From assembly GCA_042570405.1 (NCBI GenBank), contig JBHPGR010000003.1:679-64678 (forward strand): a stretch of 64,000 bases of DNA, read 5' to 3'. The position numbers and the translations under genes were made by a program. The notes under the pieces are model-generated. The model was not told where the DNA came from, made no database searches, and saw nothing but the letters and a program-made list of their open reading frames with translations. The stretch is from Candidatus Omnitrophota bacterium. Lineage in GTDB: Bacteria > Omnitrophota > Gorgyraeia > Gygaellales > Profunditerraquicolaceae. Every line of letters begins with the position of its first letter. Within the stretch, counting starts at the first letter, position 1. This document shows, in pieces, positions 19,081 to 28,297 of this stretch.

Positions 19081-20093
19081 TGGGAAAACTTACCTATAAA
19101 GATTCAGGCGTAGACATTAAAAAGGCGACCGCCTTTAAAAAGGATATAAAAGGGGTGGTCAAAAAATCATTTAAGAAGGAGGTCTTAGGAGGGATAGGCG
19201 GCTTCGGCAGCTTTTACAGCTTTCCCAAGGATGAATACAAGGAGCCGATACTGGTCTCTTCCTCCGATGGGGTGGGAACAAAATTAAAGATCGCCTGCCT
19301 GGCCAATAAGCACGATACAGTAGGAATAGATGCTGTAGCGATGAACGTCAATGACATCCTCTGCGTGGGAGCTAAGACTCTCTTCTTTTTAGACTATATA
19401 GCCTACAGCGATCTGGATAACAATATCCTTGTCGATGTGGTCAAAGGGGTAAATGACGGATGCATCCAGGCCGATTGTTCTTTGATCGGAGGGGAGACCG
19501 CCCAGATGCCGGGATTTTACAAGGCAGGTGATTATGATGTGGCGGGTTTCTGCGTAGGCGCGGTAGACCGAAAGGATATTATCGACGGGTCTAAGATTTC
19601 TGCCAAAGATGTCGTCATAGGCCTGGAGTCAAATGGAATACACTCAAACGGCTATTCTTTAGTTAGGAGGGTATTTTCGCAGAGTGAATTAAAACGCATG
19701 AGCAGCGAATTACTTAGGCCTACCCGTATTTACGTTAAGCCGGTTCTGCAGCTTTTACGAAACAACGAGTCAACGAAACAACGAGTCAACGGAATTGCCC
19801 ACATCACAGGCGGCGCTTTTTATGACAAGATCGCCAGGATCCTGCCGGAGGATGTGAATGTCAAAATAGATAAAAGCTCATGGAAGGTGCCCGAGATCTT
19901 CCGGATCATCCAGAAAAAAGGCGATATAGAGGCTAAGGAGATGTATCACACCTTTAATATGGGGGTGGGTATGGTCTTGATCGTCAAGCCAAAATCCGCA
20001 AAGGCGATAATCTCAAGGCTTGCTGAAATGAAGCTTAAATCTTGGGTTATCGGTGAAGTTATAAAGGGCAAGGGTAAAGTAGAGGTCATATAG
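19080..20093 (+). CDS. purM: phosphoribosylformylglycinamidine cyclo-ligase (AIR synthetase)
   Basis: MGKLTYKDSGVDI.., GGFG, DGVGTK and AHITGG. Start set at ATG 19080, overlapping the purF TAA (TAATG), rather than 19047. Confidence 0.9.
   Translation: MGKLTYKDSGVDIKKATAFKKDIKGVVKKSFKKEVLGGIGGFGSFYSFPKDEYKEPILVSSSDGVGTKLKIACLANKHDTVGIDAVAMNVNDILCVGAKTLFFLDYIAYSDLDNNILVDVVKGVNDGCIQADCSLIGGETAQMPGFYKAGDYDVAGFCVGAVDRKDIIDGSKISAKDVVIGLESNGIHSNGYSLVRRVFSQSELKRMSSELLRPTRIYVKPVLQLLRNNESTKQRVNGIAHITGGAFYDKIARILPEDVNVKIDKSSWKVPEIFRIIQKKGDIEAKEMYHTFNMGVGMVLIVKPKSAKAIISRLAEMKLKSWVIGEVIKGKGKVEVI
19757..19788 (+). repeat. perfect 16-nt tandem duplication (ACGAAACAACGAGTCA x2) inside purM
   Basis: Read directly. 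Encodes ..RNNESTKQRVN.. in a loop longer than in remembered PurM sequences. Confidence 0.8.
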
Positions 20094-20097
20094 TAAA

Positions 20098-20317
20098 ATG
20101 AATCTGTCGGTTTTCTCGCTCGGGGTCGGTTTTTTAACGCCAATGATCTTTCGCATTTCGGTGGCTGCTGAACTCGCACTTCGCGCCTCTTGCGCTCCGT
20201 GCTCAAACAGCATCGCCATCCCAAGATTGCCCCGTCGTAGGCGGGGCCTTGGGATTCCCTCAATGCTCAAGCTCCATTGGCTAAAACCGACACTCGCTCG
20301 AAAACTGCCAGATCCAT
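20098..20317 (+). repeat. family A foldback element, copy A1
   Basis: Termini ATGAATCTGTCGGTTTTCTCGCTC .. CGCTCGAAAACTGCCAGATCCAT are inverted repeats. The ends are homologous to copies at 26578-26801 and 36091-36298. Confidence 0.85.
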
Positions 20318-20330
20318 TTTTATTTATGTT

Positions 20331-20502
20331 TTAGCGGGCGGCTTGGCTGTTTTTGAGCGGGGCGTCCGAGGATGCCGAGCGGGCATGGTTCACCCGCTAA
20401 TATGTGTCGGTGAGAGCGAGGCACCGCAGGCGAGTGCAGTTTTGCCTCGCAGGGGCAAAACAAACGTCCCCGCGAGAAAATAGCCAAGACAGGACCCGCT
20501 AA
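20331..20502. repeat. family B inverted-repeat element, copy B1
   Basis: Termini TTAGCGGGCGGCTTGGCTG .. TAGCCAAGACAGGACCCGCTAA. Same terminal design as 32963-33035. Confidence 0.75.
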
Positions 20503-20519
20503 AACGAGGCTTAAAACTT

Positions 20520-21809
20520 ATGAGAATATTAGTTATCGGATCTGGGGGTAGGGAGCACGCGTTAGTCTGGAAGATCGCGCAGTCGAAGTTGGCTGATAAG
20601 ATCTTTTGCGCGCCCGGCAACGCGGGGATTGCAGAGCTTGCAGAGTGTGTTGATATTAAAGCCGATGATATCCCCCGGCTTCTGGATTTTGCCAGAAGGG
20701 AAAAAATCGATTTGACTGTAGTCGGCCCGGAGATCCCTCTGACCATGGGCATAGTCGATGAATTTACCAAGCGGGGTTTGAAGATATTCGGCCCGAACAA
20801 GAAGGCAGCGCAATTAGAGGGTAGTAAGGTTTTCTCCAAAGAACTGATGGCAAAATATAAAGTGCCCACCGCCGCCTTTAAGATCTTTGATCTGCCTGTT
20901 GAGGCCAATGATTATATTGATAAAATCGGCGCCCCTTGCGTAGTTAAAGCAGATGGTTTAGCAGCCGGCAAAGGCGTAGTGGTAGCAAAGACTGTTGATC
21001 AGGCCAAACAGGCGGTAAATTCGATGATGAAGGATAAGATCTTCGGTGAGGCCGGCAATAGGGTGATCATCGAAGAGTGCCTTGAAGGGGAGGAGGCATC
21101 GATTATCGTATTGACCGATTCAAGGGAGGTCATACCTTTAGCCTCAAGCCAGGATCACAAACGCGTCTTTGATAACGATCAAGGGCCGAATACCGGCGGT
21201 ATGGGTGCTTATTCGCCTGCTCCGGTTGTGAATCCCGGATTATTCAAAGAGATAAATGAGAAAGTAGTAGATCGCACAATCGATGGCCTGGCAAAGGAGG
21301 GCATAGAGTTTAGAGGTGTTTTGTATGCCGGGATCATGATCACCAAAGACGGCCCTAAGGCCCTGGAATTTAATGTCCGCTTCGGGGATCCGGAGACTCA
21401 GGCGATCCTTCCGCGCCTGAAATCAGACCTTTTGGAAGCGATGCTGGCAACCAGTGAAGCTAAATTAGGTAAAGTTGTTAAAGCCGGCGGGCTTAGCTGG
21501 TATGAGCAGGCGTGTGTCTGCGTAGTCTGTGCCTCGGGGGGGTATCCAGGAAGGTATGAGAAGGGTAAGGGAATATCCGGCCTGGACGAGGTATCCAAGA
21601 GTAGAGAGATCGCCGTATTTCACTCCGGGACTAAAAGTGAGGATGATAAGATCGTGACTGCCGGCGGGCGGGTATTGGGTGTGACCGGCTTAGGCGCTTC
21701 TATAAAAGAGGCGATCGATAATACTTATCAGGCGGTAACAAAGATCAGTTTCGAAGGGATGCATTATCGTAAGGACATCGGATATAAAGTATTATCAAGA
21801 CGACAGTAA
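20520..21809 (+). CDS. purD: phosphoribosylamine-glycine ligase
   Basis: MRILVIGSGGREHAL.WK.., ATP-grasp, KADGLAAGKGV. Confidence 0.95.
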   Translation: MRILVIGSGGREHALVWKIAQSKLADKIFCAPGNAGIAELAECVDIKADDIPRLLDFARREKIDLTVVGPEIPLTMGIVDEFTKRGLKIFGPNKKAAQLEGSKVFSKELMAKYKVPTAAFKIFDLPVEANDYIDKIGAPCVVKADGLAAGKGVVVAKTVDQAKQAVNSMMKDKIFGEAGNRVIIEECLEGEEASIIVLTDSREVIPLASSQDHKRVFDNDQGPNTGGMGAYSPAPVVNPGLFKEINEKVVDRTIDGLAKEGIEFRGVLYAGIMITKDGPKALEFNVRFGDPETQAILPRLKSDLLEAMLATSEAKLGKVVKAGGLSWYEQACVCVVCASGGYPGRYEKGKGISGLDEVSKSREIAVFHSGTKSEDDKIVTAGGRVLGVTGLGASIKEAIDNTYQAVTKISFEGMHYRKDIGYKVLSRRQ

Positions 21810-21955
21810 AAATTCTAAATCCTAAATTCGAAATTCTAAACAAATCTGAAATCCCAAACTCTAAACTTAAAACTAAATGTTTAGAATTTATGATTTAGCG
21901 CTTAGAATTTGTTTAGTATTTAGATATTAGAATTTAGTATTTAAGCTTAAGAGGG
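21810..21955. repeat. AT-rich imperfect palindrome built from TTCTAAA/TTTAGAA units
   Basis: About 145 bp of low-GC spacer. The left half is rich in (A)TTCTAAA and the right half in TTTAGAA(T). Centre is near 21885. Confidence 0.5.
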
Positions 21956-21962
21956 AGGCAGT

Positions 21963-22445
21963 ATGAGCAAGATAAGTATAATCATGGGCAGCAAATCGGA
22001 TTTGGGGATAGTTACAGCTGCAATCGATGTATTGAAAGAGTTTAAGGTGGCTTTTGAGGTAAAAGTTTTATCTGCGCACAGGACTCCGAAGGAATTGGTA
22101 AAGTATGTCGAGGCGGCACCCAAAAGGGGCGTCGCGGCCTTTATCGCCGCTGCCGGAGGCGCTGCTGCCCTGGCCGGGGTAGTCGCCGCGCACACTATTC
22201 TTCCGGTGATCGGGATCCCCATTGAGACCAGGAGCCTGAAGGGATTAGATTCCCTGCTATCCACCGTGCAGATGCCCGGAGGAATACCTGTAGCGGGCAT
22301 GAGCATCGGTAAGGCAGGGGCTAAGAATTCCGCGCTATTCGCCTTAGAGATCTTAGGCATTACAGACAAGAAGATCAGGGCAAGGCTTATCTCTTATAAG
22401 AAGAGTATGGGTAAAAAAGTGAGAGCGGTCAAGTTAAAGATATAA
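21963..22445 (+). CDS. purE: 5-(carboxyamino)imidazole ribonucleotide mutase
   Basis: IIMGSKSD, SAHRTP and AGGAAALAGVVAA motifs. Confidence 0.9.
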   Translation: MSKISIIMGSKSDLGIVTAAIDVLKEFKVAFEVKVLSAHRTPKELVKYVEAAPKRGVAAFIAAAGGAAALAGVVAAHTILPVIGIPIETRSLKGLDSLLSTVQMPGGIPVAGMSIGKAGAKNSALFALEILGITDKKIRARLISYKKSMGKKVRAVKLKI

Positions 22446-23504
22446 ATGAAGAGCAGGGTAATAAAAATAGATCCTAGTTTTCCTAAGAAGGAAGAGATCA
22501 AAAAGGCAGCCGAAACTCTGCGCGAGGGGGGGCTGGTCGTCATCCCTACGGAGACGGTTTACGGGATCGCAGCCAATATGTCAAATCAAAAGGCCCTGCG
22601 CCGTCTTTATGAAGTCAAGGAGCGGCCCAAGGATAAACCTTTTTCGCTGCACCTGCCGCTCAAAGAGGACGTAGAGAAGTATGCTGTGGATATTTCTCCT
22701 GCCGCTTATCGTTTAATGGATAAATTCTGGCCCGGGCCGCTGACTTTGGTTTTGAAGTCTAAGGATGACGGGAAAGTAGGTGTGCGCATACCGAATCACA
22801 GGATCACCCTGTCGATAATCCTGGAGGCCGATGTCCCGGTGGTCTGTCCCTCCGCAAATCTCTCCGGAAAAGCCGCTCCTGTAAGCGCTGAAGAGGCTTT
22901 GAAGGAATTAGACGGTTTGGTCGACCTGGTGGTGGATGCCGGTAAGACCTCCCTGGGGAGAGAGTCTACGGTAGTGGATGCCTCCCAGTCTCCGGTTGTG
23001 ATCCTCCGGCAGGGAGTGATTGCCGCAGACCAGATTAAAATGGTTGTTGAAAAAAAGATGATCCTCTTTGTCTGTACGGGAAACTCATGCCGGTCGGTGA
23101 TGGCGAAGGCATTAATGGAGAAGAAATTAAAGGAAGCTTTTCGGCGCGATATCGAAGTTTCGTCTGCAGGTATAACCATGTTGGGCGGGATGGGGGCAAG
23201 CGAGGCGACAAAGGATGTATTAAGGCAGGAGGGTATAGATGTCTCAATGCATAGCTCTAAAAGGGTCAGCGAAGAGATGGTGAGGGGTGCGGATATCATC
23301 CTGGTGATGGAGAAACTGCATGAAAAGAGGCTTTTGGAATTGGCGCCGGAGGCAAAAAATAGACTGTTTTTGTTAAAAGAATTTGCTAAAATAGACGATA
23401 ATGACCTTGATATCGAAGATCCGATCGCAAAGCCCGCTGAGTTTTACGCCCGGACCCTTGAGACAATAAAGGGGGCGATAGAAAGGATAGTCAAGATAAT
23501 ATGA
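22446..23504 (+). CDS. fusion: L-threonylcarbamoyladenylate synthase (YrdC/TsaC/YwlC domain) + low-MW phosphatase (YwlE-like, CX5R)
   Basis: N-terminal VIPTETVYGIAAN, PSANLSG and STVVD. C-terminal ILFVCTGNSCRSVMA P-loop and DIEDP acid motif. Confidence 0.85.
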   Translation: MKSRVIKIDPSFPKKEEIKKAAETLREGGLVVIPTETVYGIAANMSNQKALRRLYEVKERPKDKPFSLHLPLKEDVEKYAVDISPAAYRLMDKFWPGPLTLVLKSKDDGKVGVRIPNHRITLSIILEADVPVVCPSANLSGKAAPVSAEEALKELDGLVDLVVDAGKTSLGRESTVVDASQSPVVILRQGVIAADQIKMVVEKKMILFVCTGNSCRSVMAKALMEKKLKEAFRRDIEVSSAGITMLGGMGASEATKDVLRQEGIDVSMHSSKRVSEEMVRGADIILVMEKLHEKRLLELAPEAKNRLFLLKEFAKIDDNDLDIEDPIAKPAEFYARTLETIKGAIERIVKII

Positions 23505-23959
23505 AGAAAATACTTGTAGCTTCTGACCACGCAGGTTTTGCCTTAAAAGGCAAACTTAAGGTTTACCTGAAGGCAAAAGGTTTGAGCGTGAGTGATTTGG
23601 GCACGGATTCTCCGGAATCCTGCGATTATCCGCTCTTTGCCCGAGACCTCGCCAGGAAGATCTCTAAGACAGCATCTCATCGGGGCATCTTGATCTGTAA
23701 GAGCGGTATAGGAAACTCCATCGTTGCCAACAGATTTTCAGGTGTGCGCGCAGCGCTCTGTTATAGTATAAAAGCAGCAAGGCTTGCCCGCGAACACAAT
23801 GACAGCAACGTCCTGGTATTAGGCTCTGCATTTACGAATGAAGATCTGGCTAAAAGGATCTTAAATGCCTGGCTTAAGACAAAGTTCTTGGGTGGCCGGC
23901 ACAAGAGGCGAATAAAAATCATCAGTAAGATCGAAAAGGAAATAAGGATAAGAAGATGA
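23501..23959 (+). CDS. rpiB: ribose-5-phosphate isomerase B
   Basis: [23 protein letters not shown] and EHNDSNVL: RpiB/LacAB motifs. Confidence 0.9.
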   Translation: MKKILVASDHAGFALKGKLKVYLKAKGLSVSDLGTDSPESCDYPLFARDLARKISKTASHRGILICKSGIGNSIVANRFSGVRAALCYSIKAARLAREHNDSNVLVLGSAFTNEDLAKRILNAWLKTKFLGGRHKRRIKIISKIEKEIRIRR

Positions 23960-25206
23960 AAAGTATAAAGAAAGTCGATGCAGAGATTTACCAGGTTGTA
24001 GCCAATGAAGTCAGAAGGCAGCAGGATAACCTGGAGTTGATCGCTTCAGAGAATTTTACCTCTGCGGCAATACTGGAGGCCCAGGGGTCGGTGCTTACTA
24101 ATAAATATGCCGAAGGATATCCGGGGGAACGCTGGTACGGTGGCTGCGAGTATGTGGATCAGGCGGAAAGAATTGCAATTGAGCGCGCCAGGGATCTTTT
24201 TGGCGCAGAGCATGTGAATGTCCAGGCGCACTCCGGAACACAGGCGAACATGGCGGTGTATTTTACCGCGTTGAACCCGGGGGATAAGGTCTTGGCGATG
24301 GACTTAGCCTGCGGCGGTCACCTTACCCACGGACATCCGCATAATTTCTCCGGGATGTTCTATAAGGTCTTCACTTACGGCCTGGATAGAAAGACGGAAG
24401 TTTTAGATTATGTTAAGATCATGGAGCTTGCCAAAAGGCATAGGCCGAAGATGATCTTAGCCGGTGCCTCGGCATATCCGCGCAAGATCGATTTTAAGCA
24501 GTTCCGTAAGATCTGCGATAAGGTGGGGGCTTATCTGTTTGTGGATATGGCACACTTCGCCGGGCTTGTAGCGGCAAAAATATATCCTTCCCCTGTTCCC
24601 TATGCGGACTTTGTAACTTCCACGACGCATAAGACCCTGCGCGGCCCGCGCGGAGGGTTTGTGATCTGCAAGAAAAGATTTGCTAAAAGAATCGATACTA
24701 ATGTCTTCCCCGGCGTACAGGGGGGGCCATTGATGCACGTTATCGCGGCCAAAGCAATCGGCTTTAAGGAGGCCGGCAGCGCCGCTTTCAGGAACTATCA
24801 GAGGCAGGTCGTCAGGAATGCCCGTGAATTAGCTAAAGCTTTAGAGAAGAAGGGATTTCGTATCGTCTCGGGCGGCACGGAAACACACTTAATGCTGGTG
24901 GATCTCACAGATTTGGGTATAACCGGTAAAGACGCATCCAGGGTGTTGGGCCAGGCCGGTATCACCGTAAATAAGAACTTGATCCCCTTTGATAAGAAGA
25001 GCCCCGGCGTTACCAGCGGGATCCGTCTGGGGACTGCGGCGTTGACTACCCGCAGGATGAAGGAGCTCCATATGCGCCAGATCGCCGCTTTTATACATGA
25101 GGCGATAGAGGCAAGCGACGACCCAAAACAACTAAAGAAGATCAAGGGTAAGGTCGTCGCTTTGACGGCTCGCTTCCCTCTGTATCCGCAACTTCTAAAA
25201 AAATAA
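23956..25206 (+). CDS. glyA: serine hydroxymethyltransferase
   Basis: [24 protein letters not shown]. Confidence 0.95.
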   Translation: MKSIKKVDAEIYQVVANEVRRQQDNLELIASENFTSAAILEAQGSVLTNKYAEGYPGERWYGGCEYVDQAERIAIERARDLFGAEHVNVQAHSGTQANMAVYFTALNPGDKVLAMDLACGGHLTHGHPHNFSGMFYKVFTYGLDRKTEVLDYVKIMELAKRHRPKMILAGASAYPRKIDFKQFRKICDKVGAYLFVDMAHFAGLVAAKIYPSPVPYADFVTSTTHKTLRGPRGGFVICKKRFAKRIDTNVFPGVQGGPLMHVIAAKAIGFKEAGSAAFRNYQRQVVRNARELAKALEKKGFRIVSGGTETHLMLVDLTDLGITGKDASRVLGQAGITVNKNLIPFDKKSPGVTSGIRLGTAALTTRRMKELHMRQIAAFIHEAIEASDDPKQLKKIKGKVVALTARFPLYPQLLKK

Positions 25207-25664
25207 TGAAGAAGAAAGCGCATAAACGGCCGAGTTGGGATAAATATTTTATGGAGGTCGCGCTCTTAGTCTCTAAGCGCGCGACGTGTCTGCGGCGCTC
25301 TGTCGGAGCGGTCCTGGTCAAGGATAAGAAGATCCTTGCTACGGGATATAATGGCGCGCCATCAGGACTTGCCCACTGCATAGATATCGGTTGCTTGCGC
25401 CAGAAGTTAAAAGTTCCTTCGGGACAGAGGCATGAACTCTGCCGCGGGCTGCACGCGGAGCAGAATGTCATCCTTCAGGCAGCCCTATACGGGACAAGCA
25501 CTAAAGGGAGCACGCTCTATATAACTCATCAACCCTGCGTGATCTGCGCTAAGATGCTGATCAACGCCGGGATCAGGGAGATCGTGATCAGCGACGGATA
25601 TCCCGATAAACTGGCCAGGGAATTCTTAAAAGAGGCTAAGATAAAAATCAGAACGCAAAGATGA
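25206..25664 (+). CDS. deoxycytidylate (dCMP) deaminase / ComEB family
   Basis: HAEQNV .. [14 protein letters not shown] zinc-deaminase motifs. Confidence 0.85.
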   Translation: MKKKAHKRPSWDKYFMEVALLVSKRATCLRRSVGAVLVKDKKILATGYNGAPSGLAHCIDIGCLRQKLKVPSGQRHELCRGLHAEQNVILQAALYGTSTKGSTLYITHQPCVICAKMLINAGIREIVISDGYPDKLAREFLKEAKIKIRTQR

Positions 25665-26137
25665 AATGCCCCTTTTGCGGCTATAAAGAGGATAAGGTGG
25701 TTGATTCAAGGGCGACGGTAGAGGAATCCGCTGTCCGGCGCAGGCGCGAGTGCCTTAAATGCGGGAAGCGCTTTACGACTTATGAGTATATCGAAGAAGT
25801 CTCGCTGATGGTGATCAAGAAGGACGGACGCCGGGAGCCCTTTGACCGTAAGAAACTCTTAGCCGGGATCACTAAGGCATGCGAAAAGAGGCCGGTGGGC
25901 ATCGAAAAGATGGAGGAGATCGTTGCTCAGGTGGAGCGCGCGATACAGCGCAGGTCTGACCGCGAAGTCCCTGCAGAAAGAATCGGAGGATTAGTGATCG
26001 ATAAGCTAAAGATCCTCGATGATGTCGCCTATGTCAGGTTTGCTTCGGTCTACCGCCAGTTTAAGGATGTGTCGCAATTTATGGAAGAGCTTAAAGGCAT
26101 GCTCAATAAAGGAAGACAGATAAAACGCAAGCGTTAA
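25661..26137 (+). CDS. nrdR: transcriptional repressor NrdR
   Basis: [29 protein letters not shown] zinc ribbon plus ATP-cone. Confidence 0.95.
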   Translation: MKCPFCGYKEDKVVDSRATVEESAVRRRRECLKCGKRFTTYEYIEEVSLMVIKKDGRREPFDRKKLLAGITKACEKRPVGIEKMEEIVAQVERAIQRRSDREVPAERIGGLVIDKLKILDDVAYVRFASVYRQFKDVSQFMEELKGMLNKGRQIKRKR

Positions 26138-26158
26138 AACCACAAGGAGCCCTATTTT

Positions 26159-26569
26159 ATGGTCGAGATGGAATTAAATAAGATCGTGATCGACGAGAAG
26201 AGGCATGACCAACTGATCGTATTGAAGGAGAAGGACGGGAATCGGATCCTGCCCATCGTGATCGGATTAAATGAAGCCTCCGCGATAAAATTAAAGATCA
26301 GCGGTTTTAACCCTCCGCGCCCATTGACCCACGATCTTATACACTCTATGGTCCAGAATCTGGAGGCAGAGGTGCAGAAGGTGATTATTGATAAGCTGGA
26401 AGAGAATACCTTCCATGCCAAGTTAGTCCTAAAGACCGAATCGGGTAAGACTAAGATCGTCGATGCCCGCCCCTCCGACAGCATCGCCCTTTCCGTCAGG
26501 GCGCATGCGCCGATATTCGTGGAAGATAAGATCCTCAAGCAGTCAGAGGTATTTAATCAGGAAAAATGA
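26159..26569 (+). CDS. bifunctional nuclease domain protein (DUF151/BFN)
   Basis: PRPLTHDL and DARPSDSIALSVR..PIFV motifs. Confidence 0.75.
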   Translation: MVEMELNKIVIDEKRHDQLIVLKEKDGNRILPIVIGLNEASAIKLKISGFNPPRPLTHDLIHSMVQNLEAEVQKVIIDKLEENTFHAKLVLKTESGKTKIVDARPSDSIALSVRAHAPIFVEDKILKQSEVFNQEK

Positions 26570-26577
26570 GCAAATAA

Positions 26578-26801
26578 ATGAATCCGGCGTTCTTCGAGCG
26601 AATGTCGATTTTAGCCAAAGCATGCTTGAGCAATCGAGGGCATCCGAACGCGGAAGCATTCGGATGACGAGCATGTTTGAGCCCGTCCTGGCGAAGCCGA
26701 CGGGCGAGTTGCGCAGGAGCCGAGATTGCGAAAGACCTTTGGCGCCCGCCACGATTCATGGCGGGAAAATCGACCCTGAGCGAGAAGAATGACGGATTTA
26801 T
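26578..26801 (-). repeat. family A foldback element, copy A2 (inverted relative to A1/A3)
   Basis: The reverse complement aligns with 36091-36298 over most of its length. Termini ATGAATCCGGCG.. / ..GACGGATTTAT. Confidence 0.85.
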
Positions 26802-26819
26802 TTATTTAGCGGGACAGAA

Positions 26820-28268
26820 ATGAGTGGCATAGCGTTAAAAGAAAAAGATATATTAAGGAAAGTTTATCGCTTAGCCAGGCAGCGCAGGGTGAAGCTGTAT
26901 CTTGTCGGCGGTTACCTGCGTGATGCGCTGCTGAAAAGAGAGAAGGATGATCCTGATATCGATTTCTGTATAAAAAGGGGCGCGGTAAAGTTTGGCAGGT
27001 CCATCCGCAGACAGGTCAAGGCCGGTTTTGTGGTCCTGGACCAAGAGCATGGCTGTTGCCGGTTAGTCAAAAAGCTTAAGGGAAAGGTTTGCACCTTAGA
27101 CTTTACGGATTTCCGCGGCAAGACCCTTGACCAGGACCTCCTGCACCGTGATTTTACGATCAACGCCATGGCGGCGGAGTTAGGGGGGGTATTGAAGGAT
27201 GTTCCGGCGGGGGATATCTTTATCGATCCCTGCGCAGGCCAGAAGGACTTAAAGGCAAAACTGATCAGGGCAGCAAACAAGAAGAGCTTTGACGAGGATC
27301 CCTTAAGGATCCTGCGTGCTTTTAGTCTTGCGGCGATTTTTGGTTTTAAAATAGATAAAGAAACGCTTCGCCTGATCAAGCTAAAGAAGAAGAAATTGTC
27401 CCGTGTCTCCGGCGAACGTCTCCGTGATGAGCTCTTTAAGATATTAGACAGGCCGGATGCCTTCAAATATCTTTTGCAATTGGATCAGTTGCGTATTTTA
27501 AGTATCTTACTTCCTGAGATAGACCGGATGCGGGGAGTAAGCCAGGGCCCATACCACCACCTTGACGTCTGGAAACATACATTAGAGAGTGTCCGGCAGC
27601 TTGAGATCCTCTTCAGGGAGCGCGGAAGGAATAAGGATATCCGGGATTATCTTAATCAAAGTATTTCGGCAGGGAGATCGCGCCGCGCCCTGATCAAATT
27701 AGGGGCATTATTGCATGATATCGGAAAGCCCCGGGCAAAGCGAAGACGTAAGGGTAAGACTATATTTCACGGGCATGAGCGGATCGGTCTTAAGCTCTCT
27801 GAGGATATCGCCAGGAGGCTTAAGCTTTCAAATGACGAGCGGGAGGCCCTGAGAAAGATGGTCTTATGGCATTTAAGGCCGGGATATCTTGCCGATAACG
27901 AGACTTTAACTGCCAGGGCGAGATTCCGCTACTTCCGCGATACCGCAGGAGAAGGCGTGAGTACTCTTTTGTTATCGATTGCAGACCAGCGCGCCACCAG
28001 AGGAAGGTTGACTACCAGCTCGTCCAGGGTGCATCATGAAGAGACTGTCCTCTCCTTGATCAGGGAGTATTTCAGGAGGAGCAGAGAGAAGAAATTGCCG
28101 CGCCTGATCAACGGGGATCAGCTGATCAGAAGGTTTAGGCTATCGCCTTCTCCTATTATAGGGAAGATCTTATCCGGGATCGAAGAGCTGCAGGCTATAG
28201 GAAAGATCAAGACCAGGGCCCAGGCCTTAAAGGCTGCAGCTATACTGGTAAAGAAGTCTGTGGTATAA
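26820..28268 (+). CDS. cca: CCA-adding enzyme / poly(A) polymerase family nucleotidyltransferase with HD domain
   Basis: LVGGYLRD..L, DIDF, RDFTINAM, and LHDIGKP HD motif. Confidence 0.8.
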   Translation: MSGIALKEKDILRKVYRLARQRRVKLYLVGGYLRDALLKREKDDPDIDFCIKRGAVKFGRSIRRQVKAGFVVLDQEHGCCRLVKKLKGKVCTLDFTDFRGKTLDQDLLHRDFTINAMAAELGGVLKDVPAGDIFIDPCAGQKDLKAKLIRAANKKSFDEDPLRILRAFSLAAIFGFKIDKETLRLIKLKKKKLSRVSGERLRDELFKILDRPDAFKYLLQLDQLRILSILLPEIDRMRGVSQGPYHHLDVWKHTLESVRQLEILFRERGRNKDIRDYLNQSISAGRSRRALIKLGALLHDIGKPRAKRRRKGKTIFHGHERIGLKLSEDIARRLKLSNDEREALRKMVLWHLRPGYLADNETLTARARFRYFRDTAGEGVSTLLLSIADQRATRGRLTTSSSRVHHEETVLSLIREYFRRSREKKLPRLINGDQLIRRFRLSPSPIIGKILSGIEELQAIGKIKTRAQALKAAAILVKKSVV

Positions 28269-28297
28269 TAAATATTCTTAGAGAGTTAAATTAATCG

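Noticed and set aside
20098-20483. ORFs 20098-20334(+), 20277-20483(+), 20013-20270(-) and 19946-20263(-) in the purM-purD spacer
   Set aside because: They lie entirely within repeat elements A1/B1 and have no RBS. The equivalent frames are not conserved between repeat copies. They are read-through of repetitive DNA, not genes.
26463-26792. ORFs 26463-26792(+), 26543-26752(-) and 26553-26759(-)
   Set aside because: They are contained in repeat copy A2 and overlap the end of the DUF151 gene. These are the same spurious peptides as in the other A copies.
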